A stretch of DNA of 64,000 nucleotides from Alphaproteobacteria bacterium UBA7314 (GTDB lineage: Bacteria > Pseudomonadota > Alphaproteobacteria > MPNO01 > UBA830): NCBI GenBank assembly GCA_002471575.1, contig DKQG01000046.1:108853-172852 (forward strand), written 5' to 3'. Below are positions 1 through 9,615 of the stretch, piece by piece. Position 1 is the stretch's first letter. Each line of letters begins with the position of its first letter. The position numbers and the translations under genes are program-made. Below the pieces are notes generated by a model. It was given only the letters and a program-made list of their open reading frames with translations, had not been told where the DNA came from and did not search any database.

Positions 1-1406
1 CCGGTATCGAAATCGCCGTCGACCTCATACGCCACCAGGTCGCCGTCCTTGGTGCAGCCATAGCGCGCGGTGATCCGCGACGGGTGCCGCTTCGTCGATG
101 CAGACATGGATTCGATCCGGTTCCACGTGCAACGAACCGGCTTATTCAGGACCCACGCGGCCAGTCCGATCACCGGGTGCACCCCCAGGTCCAGCTTGCC
201 GCCGAAACCACCGCCGCAGGCAGTCGGGATCACCCGAATGGCGTCCTTCGGCAACCCCATAATATTGGCGATCTCGTCCCGGTCCATATACGGCGCCTGG
301 GTGGAGACAGTTATCTCAAGTCGGTCCCCTACGCGACGGGCCCAGCCTGCTTCGGGTTCGATATAGCCATGTTCGACGAACCCCGTCTGATAGTAATCCT
401 CGATCACGACATCGGCAGTTTTCATCGCGGCCGCAGCGTCGCCTTTTTTGACAAATCCTTCTGCCATGATGTTGCCGGGATGATTATCGTGAATACGATG
501 GGCGTCTTCCGCCAGCGCCGCGTCGAAGCCGTATATGTCATCCCGCTTTTCATAGTGAATTGGCACATCTTCGTCGCGAATACCGTAGACGCTGTCATAG
601 TCGCCAATCAGCGCGACCACGTTCTCGCCTTTGAAGCGGACCTGTCCATCGGCGAAAGCTGGCTGATCCTTCACATCCGGGTATACACCGTATCCGTTGA
701 GACCCGGCACATCGGCCGCGGTCAGAACCCGCTCCAGCCCCGGCCACTTGTCGTAGAGCGGCTGGAAATCGCCCAGCGTAAAAGTGGCATTGGCGTGGGG
801 TGAGCGCACTGCCCGTGCCCAAAGCGCATCTGCCGGTGCCTGGTCGGCACCGTACATTTCCGTCCCGTCGACTTTCTCAAGGCCGTCGGTTTTCAGCGCA
901 CGCGCGCCCATTGCATCACCGACCTCCGGGTTTTCGAAGGTCACTCCGTTAGGTTGCACCACGTGTTTCACCGCGTCCACTATATTGCGGTAGCCGGTGC
1001 AGCGGCACAGAACGCCGCCCAGCGCATCCAGTATCTGGTCGTCAGTCGGCGTTTCGTTGTGTTTGAACAGGTCGGCCGCCGCCATAAGCATACCGGGCGT
1101 GCATATCCCGCACTGCGCTGCGCCATATTCGTGGAATGCCTGCTGTAGTTCGGTCAACCGGCCGTCTTCACCGGCAAGGCCTTCGACGGTGGTGACGTCG
1201 CGTCCCGCAACCTGCGCCAGCGGGACAAGGCAGGAACAGACCTGTTCGCCATCCAAAAGCACCGTGCACGCCCCGCAATCCCCTGCGTCGCAGCCTACCT
1301 TAGTGCCAGTATATCCCAGGTCTTCGCGCAGCACATGGGAGAGCCGACTGACCGGCTCGGCATCGGTAACCGCAGATTTTCCATTTAGGTTGAATGATAT
1401 GGACAT
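1..1406 (-). CDS. Molybdenum hydroxylase subunit with fused N-terminal [2Fe-2S] ferredoxin-like domain and molybdopterin-binding large-subunit domain (xanthine dehydrogenase/CoxS-CoxL family); 5' portion only, C-terminus beyond window start
   Basis: Absent from ORF track because the frame runs off the window edge. Reverse-strand translation from ATG at 1406: MSISFNLNGKSAVTDAEPVSRLSHVLREDLGYTGTKVGCDAGDCGACTVLLDGEQVCSCLVPL...CGICTPGMLMAAADLF...CRCTGYRNIVDAV (classic 2Fe-2S motifs) continuing into RSPHANATF...CGGGFGGK Mo-domain. ATG lies 3 nt after the upstream FAD-subunit stop. Confidence 0.8.
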   Translation of the reverse strand, partial: MSISFNLNGKSAVTDAEPVSRLSHVLREDLGYTGTKVGCDAGDCGACTVLLDGEQVCSCLVPLAQVAGRDVTTVEGLAGEDGRLTELQQAFHEYGAAQCGICTPGMLMAAADLFKHNETPTDDQILDALGGVLCRCTGYRNIVDAVKHVVQPNGVTFENPEVGDAMGARALKTDGLEKVDGTEMYGADQAPADALWARAVRSPHANATFTLGDFQPLYDKWPGLERVLTAADVPGLNGYGVYPDVKDQPAFADGQVRFKGENVVALIGDYDSVYGIRDEDVPIHYEKRDDIYGFDAALAEDAHRIHDNHPGNIMAEGFVKKGDAAAAMKTADVVIEDYYQTGFVEHGYIEPEAGWARRVGDRLEITVSTQAPYMDRDEIANIMGLPKDAIRVIPTACGGGFGGKLDLGVHPVIGLAAWVLNKPVRCTWNRIESMSASTKRHPSRITARYGCTKDGDLVAYEVDGDFDT

Positions 1407-1408
1407 GG

Positions 1409-2245
1409 TCACTCCGTCAGTTCTGCGAGGGCACGGCGCACAAGTGTTAGGGCGGCATCGCGACGGTAATCAGCTGAACCGCGTACATCCCCGATAGGGC
1501 TTAGCGTTGCCAGGTGGTCAGCGGTCACGATATCCACGAGCGTTGCGTCGGCGGGTTTGCCTGTAAGATCCGCTTCGAGAGACAGGAGCCGCGAGGCGAC
1601 CGCCGAACAGGACCCGACCGCGATACGGCAGCGATCGACGTTGCCGTCCATCCCCTTTTCGAGGATGGCGGACACCATGACGATAGAGATAACCAAGTAC
1701 TTGCGGGCACCGAGCTTAAGAAACGCGCCTTTCGCGTTGTTTCCGCATTTCGGAATACGCAGGCCGATCACCATCTCGTCGGCCTTGCGCGCGGTCTGGC
1801 GGTTACCAAGGATGAAATCCGCAATAGGGAGATCCCGCTCACCGGAAACCGAGGCCAGGCGCACCGATGCGTCCAGTGCAAACAAACCAGGCGCTCCATC
1901 GGCCGCCGGCGAAGCGTTGCAGACATTGCCCACGATGGTGCCGGCATTCTGGATCTGAACTCCGCCCACTTCACGGGCCGCCAACTTCATCGCGCGGAAC
2001 CAGTCGGGTAGATCGGCGCGGATCAGGTCGGTCCACGTCGCCGTCGCCCCGATCAGGTAGTGGTCGTCTTTATTCTCGATCGCGCGTAGGCCCTCAATGG
2101 CCGTGACGTCGAGTATGTTCTCATCAAGCGGTCTGCCGACACGGGCCGGATAAAAATCGGTCCCTCCGGCAACGATAGTCCGCCCCCCTTCCGCCAGCGC
2201 GGACAACGCATCGGAAAGCGCAGTCGGTCTTAGATAGGATGTCAT
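1409..2245 (-). CDS. Molybdenum hydroxylase FAD-binding (medium, CoxM/XdhB-like) subunit
   Basis: Track ORF 1409..2290 begins at TTG; a better start is ATG at 2245 (MTSYLRPTALSDALSALAEGGRTIVAGGTDFYP...), the typical N-terminus of FAD-binding PCMH-type subunits. Confidence 0.8.
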   Translation of the reverse strand: MTSYLRPTALSDALSALAEGGRTIVAGGTDFYPARVGRPLDENILDVTAIEGLRAIENKDDHYLIGATATWTDLIRADLPDWFRAMKLAAREVGGVQIQNAGTIVGNVCNASPAADGAPGLFALDASVRLASVSGERDLPIADFILGNRQTARKADEMVIGLRIPKCGNNAKGAFLKLGARKYLVISIVMVSAILEKGMDGNVDRCRIAVGSCSAVASRLLSLEADLTGKPADATLVDIVTADHLATLSPIGDVRGSADYRRDAALTLVRRALAELTE

Positions 2246-2272
2246 GGACGCTTCAAACTCCCATTGACAAAA

Positions 2273-2293
2273 TTGTTTGTGTACATACAATTA
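2273..2293. promoter_or_regulatory. Operator-like motif copy 1 (TTGTTTGTGTACATACAATTA) upstream of Mo-hydroxylase operon
   Basis: 17/21 identity with copy 2 at 2477..2497; contains inner TGTGTACA/TGTACA palindromic core; lies 28 bp upstream of the minus-strand FAD-subunit start codon. Confidence 0.4.
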
Positions 2294-2476
2294 TTCGTTA
2301 GCAATGCTGGACTGTCAAGCAGCGTGATCTTCCTTTTTACGACCACGTTAAATTGGGAGTGAAAGACTCAATCGCCGTGGTATAAAACACTGCTCCTAGT
2401 GACAGTTATTTAAGGCGTTCGCCGAGAAACGCTACCCCGCCTAACCGGCTTGACGGGGATGAAACACCTACCTAAC

Positions 2477-2497
2477 TTGTTTGTACACATATAATAA
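2477..2497. promoter_or_regulatory. Operator-like motif copy 2 (TTGTTTGTACACATATAATAA) upstream of korA
   Basis: Second copy of the TTGTTTGT-NNACATAYAAT motif, ends 15 nt before the korA ATG and overlaps a TATAAT hexamer. Confidence 0.4.
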
Positions 2498-2511
2498 ACT
2501 GGACAGGTTTC

Positions 2512-4377
2512 ATGGCAACAAATGTCGCGTCTTCTGGTGACGGAAATCGCAAGGCCTTAGACTCAGTGGTTATCCGTTTCGCCGGCGACTCCGGGGACGG
2601 CATGCAGCTAACTGGCACACAATTCACGCAATCGACCGCCCTGATGGGCAACGATCTCGCGACCTTCCCAGATTTCCCGGCGGAAATACGTGCGCCTGCC
2701 GGAACCACCTTCGGTGTCAGTGCGTTCCAAATCAATTTTGCGTCCTACGATATTCAGACGCCGGGCGACGATCCCGACGTGCTGGTGGCTATGAACCCAG
2801 CGGCGCTGAAGGTGCATCTCAAGGACGTCCCAAAGGGCGGCACGATTATCCTCAATGTCGACGCCTTTACCGACCGCAACATCGCGCGGGCGGGCTATGA
2901 AGAAAACCCGCTCGAAGACGGCACGCTGGACAACCACGTCGTAATCGCGATTGAAATTAACAAACTGACCAACGCCGCCGTCGCCGAATGCGACGTGACG
3001 TCAAAGGAAGCCACGCGCTGTAAGAACTTCTGGGCGCTCGGCCTAATGTGCTGGATGTACAACCGCGACCGCCAGCCGACCGTCGACTGGGTCAACCAGC
3101 GTTTCGGTAAGCTGCCCAACATCGCCGCCGCCAATATCGCGGCGCTGAACGCCGGTCACGCGTATGGCGAGACCGTTGAACTGCCGTCCGGTGTCGAAGC
3201 CTATCTGGTGCCGAAGGCGGACGTGCAACCCGGCACCTACCGCGCCGTCACCGGCACGGAAGCCGTCGCCTGGGGCCTGGTCGCAGGTGCAAAGAAAGCC
3301 GGCCTCGAAATTTTCCTCGGCTCCTATCCGATAACGCCGGCATCCGCTCTGTTACACACGCTGACCGGCCTAAAGCAGTACGGCGTCACCACCTTTCAGG
3401 CGGAAGACGAAATCGCCGCCGTCTGTTCGGCCATCGGCGCAGCCTATGCCGGCTCTCTGGGTATCACATCGTCGTCTGGCCCGGGCATTGCGCTGAAGAC
3501 CGAGGCTATCGGCCTCGCGCTGGTTACCGAACTGCCTCTGGTGGTTGTGAACGTCCAGCGCGGCGGTCCCTCGACCGGCCTGCCGACCAAAACCGAACAG
3601 TCAGATCTGTTCCAGGCCGTATACGGTCGCAACGCCGACACGCCGTTACCGGTAGTCGCATCACGTACGGCCGGTGACTGCTTCGAAACTGCGATCGAAG
3701 CCGTGCGGCTGGCCACGAAATACATGACGCCGGTTATCCTGCTTACCGACGGCTTCCTCGCCAATTCGGCGGAGCCATGGGAAATTCCGGACGCCGACGC
3801 CATTGCTGATTTCCCCGTTAAGTTCCGCACCGACCCAGAAGGGTTCCATCCCTATCTGCGCGACGAAAAAACGCTGGCACGGAACTGGGCCATTCCCGGC
3901 ACACCGGGGCTGATGCACCGTATCGGCGGCATCGAGAAGGATTACGACAGCGGTCATATTTCCTATGACAGTGACAATCATCACCGGATGACCAAGGTCC
4001 GTGCCGCCAAGATCGATGGCATCGCCGACGACATCCCGGCGCAAGACGTCGCCACAGGGGAACACAGAGGAGAGCTTGCCGTTGTCGGCTGGGGATCGAC
4101 CTTCGGGGCGATCAACCAGGCAGTCGGTCGCTGCGTCAAGGACGGCCTCAGCGTGTCGCACATCCATCTCCGTCACATACACCCCTTCCCGAAGAATCTG
4201 GACGACCTATTGTCCGGCTTCGAGAAGGTGATGGTGCCGGAAATGAACAATGGACAGCTCGTGCATGTGCTCCGCGACAAGTTCCTCGTCGATGCAGAAA
4301 GCATTACGCAAATCACGGGTCAGCCCTTCAAGGTGTCGACCCTCGAACGCGAGATCCGCTCGCGCGTGGAAGGATAA
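2512..4377 (+). CDS. korA: 2-oxoacid (2-oxoglutarate):ferredoxin oxidoreductase alpha subunit
   Basis: 621 aa; N-terminus VIRFAGDSGDGMQLTG and overall KorA-like layout; followed 3 nt later by the beta subunit. Confidence 0.88.
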   Translation: MATNVASSGDGNRKALDSVVIRFAGDSGDGMQLTGTQFTQSTALMGNDLATFPDFPAEIRAPAGTTFGVSAFQINFASYDIQTPGDDPDVLVAMNPAALKVHLKDVPKGGTIILNVDAFTDRNIARAGYEENPLEDGTLDNHVVIAIEINKLTNAAVAECDVTSKEATRCKNFWALGLMCWMYNRDRQPTVDWVNQRFGKLPNIAAANIAALNAGHAYGETVELPSGVEAYLVPKADVQPGTYRAVTGTEAVAWGLVAGAKKAGLEIFLGSYPITPASALLHTLTGLKQYGVTTFQAEDEIAAVCSAIGAAYAGSLGITSSSGPGIALKTEAIGLALVTELPLVVVNVQRGGPSTGLPTKTEQSDLFQAVYGRNADTPLPVVASRTAGDCFETAIEAVRLATKYMTPVILLTDGFLANSAEPWEIPDADAIADFPVKFRTDPEGFHPYLRDEKTLARNWAIPGTPGLMHRIGGIEKDYDSGHISYDSDNHHRMTKVRAAKIDGIADDIPAQDVATGEHRGELAVVGWGSTFGAINQAVGRCVKDGLSVSHIHLRHIHPFPKNLDDLLSGFEKVMVPEMNNGQLVHVLRDKFLVDAESITQITGQPFKVSTLEREIRSRVEG

Positions 4378-4380
4378 GCC

Positions 4381-5415
4381 ATGAATGTCGAAACCCCCGT
4401 CGAAGCGCTAAAGCCTAACGACTACGCCTCAGACCAAGAGGTCCGATGGTGCCCCGGCTGCGGCGACTATGCCATTATCAAGGGCGTTCACCGTACGCTG
4501 GCCGAACTGCAGATTCCGCTGGAAAAGCTGGTCTTTTTCTCCGGCATCGGCTGCGCGGCCCGGTTCCCATACTACATGGCGTCTTACGGCTTTCACACCA
4601 TTCACGGCCGCGCCCCGGCGCTTGCCACCGGTGCGAAGCTCGCTAACCCAGATCTCGACATCTGGGTCGTGATGGGTGACGGCGATGCGCTCTCAATCGG
4701 CGGCAATCACACGATGCACGCCATCCGCCGTAACGTCGATCTGAACCTGCTGCTGTTCAACAACGAGATTTACGGCCTGACCAAGGGCCAATACTCGCCA
4801 ACCAGCCAGCTTGGCACCCGTTCGCCGTCAACGCCGCAAGGCTCGATCGATGCGCCTCTGACGCCTCTCAGCCTCGCGCTCGGCGCCAATGCCCGGTTCG
4901 TCGCCCGAACGTTCGACACCAACCAGAAGCATATGCCGGGTGTCCTGAAAGCCGCACACGCTCATAAGGGCGCCTCGCTGGTCGAGATCATCCAGAACTG
5001 CATCGTCTATAACGACGGCGCGTTCGACGGCTGGACCGACAAGAAAGTGGTGTCGGACAATTCGATCATGGTCGAACACGGCAAGCCGTTGATCTTCGGC
5101 GCCGACGAAAACAAGGGCATCGCCATGGCCGAGGACGGCTTCGGTATCCGCGTTGTCACCATCGGCGAAGACGGCATCACCGAGGACGACGTGCTGGTCC
5201 ACGACGAGCAGAATAAGATGCTTGCCATGATGCTGGCCGATATGAAACAGCCGGAATTCCCGGTCGCGCTCGGCGTGCTCTTCAACAACCCGGCCAAGGC
5301 CTATGACGAGGCGGTCCACGAACAGCTGGCCGAAGTCAAAGAAAAGACGCCGGCAGGCACCGTCAACGAAATGCTCCGTAAGGGGCGGACCTGGACGGTG
5401 TCCGAAGGGGCATAG
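4381..5415 (+). CDS. korB: 2-oxoacid:ferredoxin oxidoreductase beta subunit (TPP-binding)
   Basis: 344 aa; RWCPGCGDYAI cysteine motif and TPP-binding region GDGD...NN typical of KorB. Confidence 0.88.
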   Translation: MNVETPVEALKPNDYASDQEVRWCPGCGDYAIIKGVHRTLAELQIPLEKLVFFSGIGCAARFPYYMASYGFHTIHGRAPALATGAKLANPDLDIWVVMGDGDALSIGGNHTMHAIRRNVDLNLLLFNNEIYGLTKGQYSPTSQLGTRSPSTPQGSIDAPLTPLSLALGANARFVARTFDTNQKHMPGVLKAAHAHKGASLVEIIQNCIVYNDGAFDGWTDKKVVSDNSIMVEHGKPLIFGADENKGIAMAEDGFGIRVVTIGEDGITEDDVLVHDEQNKMLAMMLADMKQPEFPVALGVLFNNPAKAYDEAVHEQLAEVKEKTPAGTVNEMLRKGRTWTVSEGA

Positions 5416-5456
5416 GGCCTACGATAAAACCCGCCTTTCCGGCAGACAGACATAAA

Positions 5457-5488
5457 CCCGGCAGGGACGACCCTGCCGGGTTTTTTTT
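5457..5488 (+). terminator. Rho-independent terminator after korB
   Basis: CCCGGCAGGG-ACGA-CCCTGCCGGG perfect 10-bp stem followed by TTTTTTTT. Confidence 0.75.
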
Positions 5489-5732
5489 ATTACCGCTACG
5501 CCAACTCGTGCAGCACCTGCTTAGGGCCATACCGTCTTACCCGCGTCCCTCCTCCTCGTCGTACCAGCTTTGCAGGTTTTTCCCAACATTCGCGTTGCGC
5601 AGAATCAGGCTGATGGTTCAGTGGGGGCTGTTGTGTTCGACGTGGATGTCTCCGGGCGGCACGAACTGAATGTAGCCGGGGTAACTTCGAGATCGCCGAC
5701 AGTTTCAGGGCGATCAGGTCCGGTTGTGTACG

Positions 5733-5909
5733 ATGCTTGTCACCGAGATGGAGCGCGCCGTCGCGCGCCAGACATCCAGCAAGGAGCGCAATTGCATCAT
5801 CGTGATGCTCGGAGAGGCCAAGAAGGCCTGCTTCAGCGACTATATTGGTGCGGCGTACCAGGGTGCCAGCAAGGGCCTGCAACTCGCGAACAACGCATCG
5901 CAAAGATAG
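5733..5909 (+). other. Short high-GC3 ORF or C-terminal gene remnant (58 aa from ATG; frame open from 5685)
   Basis: Plus-frame codons show ~80% GC3 (MLVTEMERAVARQTSSKERNCIIVMLGEAKKACFSDYIGAAYQGASKGLQLANNASQR), whereas the longer antisense track ORF 5496..5903 has ~50% GC3. No convincing RBS or start. Confidence 0.2.
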
Positions 5910-5913
5910 ATTA

Positions 5914-6468
5914 CTATCCGGGGTTGGGCGTCCTCACGGCGTGGATTGGGTGCCACAGGCGCATCTCCCACCCAGCGAGGGGCTCTCCGATATCGGACGG
6001 GCCTACCTTTACGCCCCGCTGGGCGATCGTCTGATCTAGTCCCATCACTGTAAGCGGAACAAAATCCAACGGTAACGCTGCAGCGCCCGGTTTGCGCCGG
6101 TCTATCAGCGTAAGACAGCTTTCCATCTCCGTTGCAAGATCAGGGTCGGACGTTCCGTCCGGTCCCTGTACAAGATTGCGGTCCCAGTTGATCATTTTGG
6201 GGCGGAACTTCGGATCGACAGACAGCCGTCCCGCCTTTGAAGTATAAGCGTCGCTTGTCATGACGTCGGGGCCAGTCAGCCGGTACAACGCCAGAAACGG
6301 TGCGCGCACGTCTTGGGCACAGTGAAAGCGCTGGGCGGTTAGAAAACCCGGAATGGTCAGCAGCATGCTGATGTGCTTCCAGTAAAATTTGTCAAACGCC
6401 GCACGTTCCTCCGCCGTCTCGTGCGGATAATCGCACTCGACCATGTAGTAGATAGCTTGTTCGGTCAT
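5914..6468 (-). CDS. Hypothetical protein (184 aa), translationally coupled to nfu
   Basis: Protein-like composition; ATG overlaps the upstream nfu stop (TAATG), suggesting co-translation in the thrH-ispG-nfu operon. No family recognised. Confidence 0.5.
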   Translation of the reverse strand: MTEQAIYYMVECDYPHETAEERAAFDKFYWKHISMLLTIPGFLTAQRFHCAQDVRAPFLALYRLTGPDVMTSDAYTSKAGRLSVDPKFRPKMINWDRNLVQGPDGTSDPDLATEMESCLTLIDRRKPGAAALPLDFVPLTVMGLDQTIAQRGVKVGPSDIGEPLAGWEMRLWHPIHAVRTPNPG

Positions 6469-7283
6469 TAGCTGAAGAAGGGGTCAGCGCCCTGGGAATG
6501 GTCCGTGACATCGACCACGCCCTGGATACTCGGCACCTCGGTCAGGATGGCGTTCTGGACCCCTTGTTGCAACGTCATCGCCGATGCTGAACAGCCCTGA
6601 CAGCCCCCCTCCATGCGAACATAAGCGACATGGTCAGTAACATCGATCAAGGTAATACGCCCGCCGTGAGCGGCCACTGCCGGATTCACCTTTTCGTCCA
6701 GCAACTGCATCACGGCTTCCGCTTCCGGTCCCTTGGGAGGCTCATCATCACCGTTGAAGACCCAGTCTGGGATTTCCGCCTGCGGTGCCTCCCCGACCCA
6801 AGTCACGGCCTCTATCTCCCGCACGTGATGGCTGATGATATTGGTCATCATATCGCGCTTCTGCGCCCCGCCGCCGCCGATCAACTCCAGCGTCAGCGTA
6901 CTGTCAGCGAATTTCTTGAATAGAACTTCGCCGCCATAGGCCTCGATGGCAGGGCGAATACGGTCGTCCAGCAGATTAAGGATTTTTACCGTCACAGCAT
7001 CGGCGAGTACCGGCTCACCCGAGCCGTAGTGTTCCATGATCGCTCCCAGAACGGCAGGTTTCAGGATATACCATTCGTTGCCGTCCGCACGCCGCAACGT
7101 CACATGGTCCAGCGACAACGCGACGCCCTCGATACCGTCGATCCTCAGCAGCCGCCTCGCGAGGGGTGAAATCTCCGACGCCTCCGCTTCGTCGATCGGC
7201 GCGTTTCCGATCGGCAGTACGGGTTCGCCCGGCGTGAACTTCATCAGCGCGGGGTCGTCCAGGGGGTATGTCTGAATGAACAT
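6468..7283 (-). CDS. NFU/NifU-like Fe-S cluster scaffold protein (Nfu N-terminal domain + NifU C-terminal domain)
   Basis: Track ORF 6468..7373; likely start MFIQTYPLDD at 7283, 4 bp after the ispG stop. Carries the CxxC motif (GGCQGCSASAMTLQQG) of the NifU C-terminal domain and a duplicated Nfu-like region. Confidence 0.78.
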   Translation of the reverse strand: MFIQTYPLDDPALMKFTPGEPVLPIGNAPIDEAEASEISPLARRLLRIDGIEGVALSLDHVTLRRADGNEWYILKPAVLGAIMEHYGSGEPVLADAVTVKILNLLDDRIRPAIEAYGGEVLFKKFADSTLTLELIGGGGAQKRDMMTNIISHHVREIEAVTWVGEAPQAEIPDWVFNGDDEPPKGPEAEAVMQLLDEKVNPAVAAHGGRITLIDVTDHVAYVRMEGGCQGCSASAMTLQQGVQNAILTEVPSIQGVVDVTDHSQGADPFFS

Positions 7284-7287
7284 CCGC

Positions 7288-8538
7288 TTAGCGCATGCCG
7301 GCCTTCGTGCCGAAGCGTTTTTCGACGTAATCCTCAACCAGATCGCGGAACTCGTCGGCGATACCGGGACCACGCAGCGTCATCTTCTTCTCGCCGTCGA
7401 TGAAGACAGGCGCTGCCGGCTCCTCGCCGGTGCCGGGCAGACTGATGCCGATATCGGCGTGCTTTGACTCGCCGGGACCATTCACAATGCATCCCATAAC
7501 GGCAACATTCAGTTCTTCGACCCCGGAATATTTCTCTCGCCATTCCGGCATACGCTCGCGGATATGATCCTGGATGCCCTGTGCCAGTTCCTGGAAGACA
7601 GTCGATGTCGTGCGCCCGCAACCCGGACAAGCAGCGACCAGTGGAATGAAAGACCGCAGCCCCATGGTTTGCAGCAATTCCTGCGCCACGGTGACTTCGC
7701 GGGTACGGTCGCCGCCGGGCTCCGGAGTAAGCGAGATTCGAATGGTATCGCCTATCCCTTCCTGCAGTAGAATGCCCATCCCCGCTGCAGAAGCGACAAC
7801 TCCCTTGGTACCCATACCGGCTTCGGTCAGGCCAAGATGCAGTGCGTAGTCGCAGCGCGACGCTAGGTCGCGGTAAACGGTAATCAGATCCTGCACAACC
7901 GATACCTTGGCGGAGATGATGATCCGGTTGCGCGGCATACCGAGTTCCTCGGCGCGTTCTGCCGACATCAGGCCTGACATCACCATCGCGTCTCGTGTTA
8001 CCTGGGAGGCATCCTTGAGATTTTGGGATGCAGTGTTTTCATCCATTAGTCGGGTCAGCAATTCCTGGTCGAGCGATCCCCAGTTAACGCCGATCCGCAC
8101 AGGCTTTTCGTACTTGTTTGCGACCTCGATCATCGTGCTGAACTGGGTATCGCGCTTTTCACGGAAGCCTACATTGCCCGGATTGATGCGATATTTGGCC
8201 AGAGCCTCTGCACAAGCCGGATTTTCGGTCAGCAGCTTGTGACCGATATAGTGAAAATCGCCAACCAACGGGGTTTCGACCCCCATCAGAGCCAGCCGGT
8301 CGCGGATATAGGGCACGGCCTTTGCAGCCTCATCGCGATCAACCGTAATACGCACGATTTCAGACCCCGCCCTAGCCAGAGCGGCGACCTGCGCTACCGT
8401 GGAATCGACGTCCGCCGTGTCCGTGTTTGTCATCGACTGCACGACGATCGGCGCACCACCGCCCATGGTCACGCCACCGACATCGACGGCAACGCTTTTC
8501 CGCCTGAGGACGGTTTCGAATATACCCGGTTCGCTCAT
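7288..8538 (-). CDS. ispG: 4-hydroxy-3-methylbut-2-en-1-yl diphosphate synthase (flavodoxin) IspG/GcpE
   Basis: [25 protein letters not shown]...; later Cys-containing C-terminal [4Fe-4S] region (ACPGCGRT). Track ORF starts 8607, but M24 (MSEPGIF, ATG at 8538) avoids overlap with thrH. Confidence 0.88.
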   Translation of the reverse strand: MSEPGIFETVLRRKSVAVDVGGVTMGGGAPIVVQSMTNTDTADVDSTVAQVAALARAGSEIVRITVDRDEAAKAVPYIRDRLALMGVETPLVGDFHYIGHKLLTENPACAEALAKYRINPGNVGFREKRDTQFSTMIEVANKYEKPVRIGVNWGSLDQELLTRLMDENTASQNLKDASQVTRDAMVMSGLMSAERAEELGMPRNRIIISAKVSVVQDLITVYRDLASRCDYALHLGLTEAGMGTKGVVASAAGMGILLQEGIGDTIRISLTPEPGGDRTREVTVAQELLQTMGLRSFIPLVAACPGCGRTTSTVFQELAQGIQDHIRERMPEWREKYSGVEELNVAVMGCIVNGPGESKHADIGISLPGTGEEPAAPVFIDGEKKMTLRGPGIADEFRDLVEDYVEKRFGTKAGMR

Positions 8539-8554
8539 GCCTGCCACAACGTTC

Positions 8555-9238
8555 TCAAGCCGACATAGCGCGGTCGTTACGGGAATCCAGCGACCCCGCG
8601 GCGTCAATTACCGACAGCAGCTCGTCATAATCGGTCATCACCTGAAAATTCGGAAATTCGTCAATCACATTCTGCGGCGGGCGGAACAGGAAACCGGCAT
8701 CCGCCTCTTCCAGCATCAGGGTATCGTTATAGGAATCGCCGGCAGCACAGGTATAGAAGTTCAACCCCTTGAACGCCTTTACCGCCGCCCGCTTGTGACC
8801 CTGCATGCGCAACGCGTATCCTGATAACTTGCCGTTGACATCCACGTTCAGCCGGTGACAGAACAGCGTCGGCTGTCCCATCTTGACCATCAACGGACCG
8901 ACGAATTCGTAGAATGTGTCTGACAAAATCACGAGTTGATATCTGGAACGGATTTCATCCAGAAACGCCCGCGCTCCCGGCAAAGGCTCGATCCCGTCGA
9001 TGATCGGTTGCAGCGCCTCGATCCCCAGGCCATGTTTGTCTAGGATGTCCAGACGATACCGCATTAGCACATCGTAATCCGGTTCGTCCCGCGTGGTGCG
9101 CCTAAGGTCGTCGACCCCGGTTCGCTCCGCAAGCTCGATCCAGATTTCCGGCGCAATCACGCCTTCCATGTCTAGACACACGATTTTCAATGGATTTACC
9201 TGCTTGTTTTCCTTGTCGGCGGTATAGCAGGCGGGCAT
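8555..9238 (-). CDS. thrH: ThrH-type HAD phosphatase (phosphoserine phosphatase/homoserine phosphotransferase)
   Basis: [47 protein letters not shown]...ILSDTFYEF...[12 protein letters not shown] closely parallels Pseudomonas ThrH. True start may be the in-frame TTG at about 9190 ([10 protein letters not shown]) rather than the ATG at 9238. Confidence 0.78.
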   Translation of the reverse strand: MPACYTADKENKQVNPLKIVCLDMEGVIAPEIWIELAERTGVDDLRRTTRDEPDYDVLMRYRLDILDKHGLGIEALQPIIDGIEPLPGARAFLDEIRSRYQLVILSDTFYEFVGPLMVKMGQPTLFCHRLNVDVNGKLSGYALRMQGHKRAAVKAFKGLNFYTCAAGDSYNDTLMLEEADAGFLFRPPQNVIDEFPNFQVMTDYDELLSVIDAAGSLDSRNDRAMSA

Positions 9239-9615
9239 TTCAGCGGCAAACGGGAAACATGGCCTATGCGCTGCCAGTTAGAATGGCCGGTTCCGGCTTG
9301 ATGCCCTGAACCGTGGTCCGGCGGAGCAGGCGCCGTTCACCGCCCCCAAAATCGGGGCGCGCATGATTGGTGCAGCGATTGTCCCGGGCGACGAATACGC
9401 CCGGCGTCTAACTATACTGATAGAAAATTTCGGGTCGTTCGGAATGATGGAAGAGGCGCGACAAAAGCTCCCGGCTGTCATCATCTCTACAGTCGACGAC
9501 CCGGCGTGTCAGTAGCCTGTTGCTGTACAGCGCAGTGAGGCCGGTTTCTTCGTGGCGGATAAAGACCGGGTACCCAAGAAACTGAACAAGACGATGCCGC
9601 AATCGACATGACATA

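Noticed and set aside
84-803. 239-aa plus-strand ORF at window start
   Set aside because: Lies antisense to the clearly homologous [2Fe-2S]/Mo-subunit gene on the minus strand; it has an Arg/His-rich junk composition.
2450-2497. TTGACG...TATAAT as the korA sigma70 promoter
   Set aside because: Spacing between the hexamers is ~34 nt, so they cannot act together. The TATAAT is more likely part of the operator-like repeat than a standalone -10 element, although a TSS just downstream is still possible.
5496-5903. 135-aa minus-strand ORF (MRCVVRELQALAGTLVRRTNIVAEAGLL...)
   Set aside because: Codon third-position GC is ~50%, against ~80% for the overlapping plus frame and for bona fide genes here. 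It is most likely an antisense artefact.
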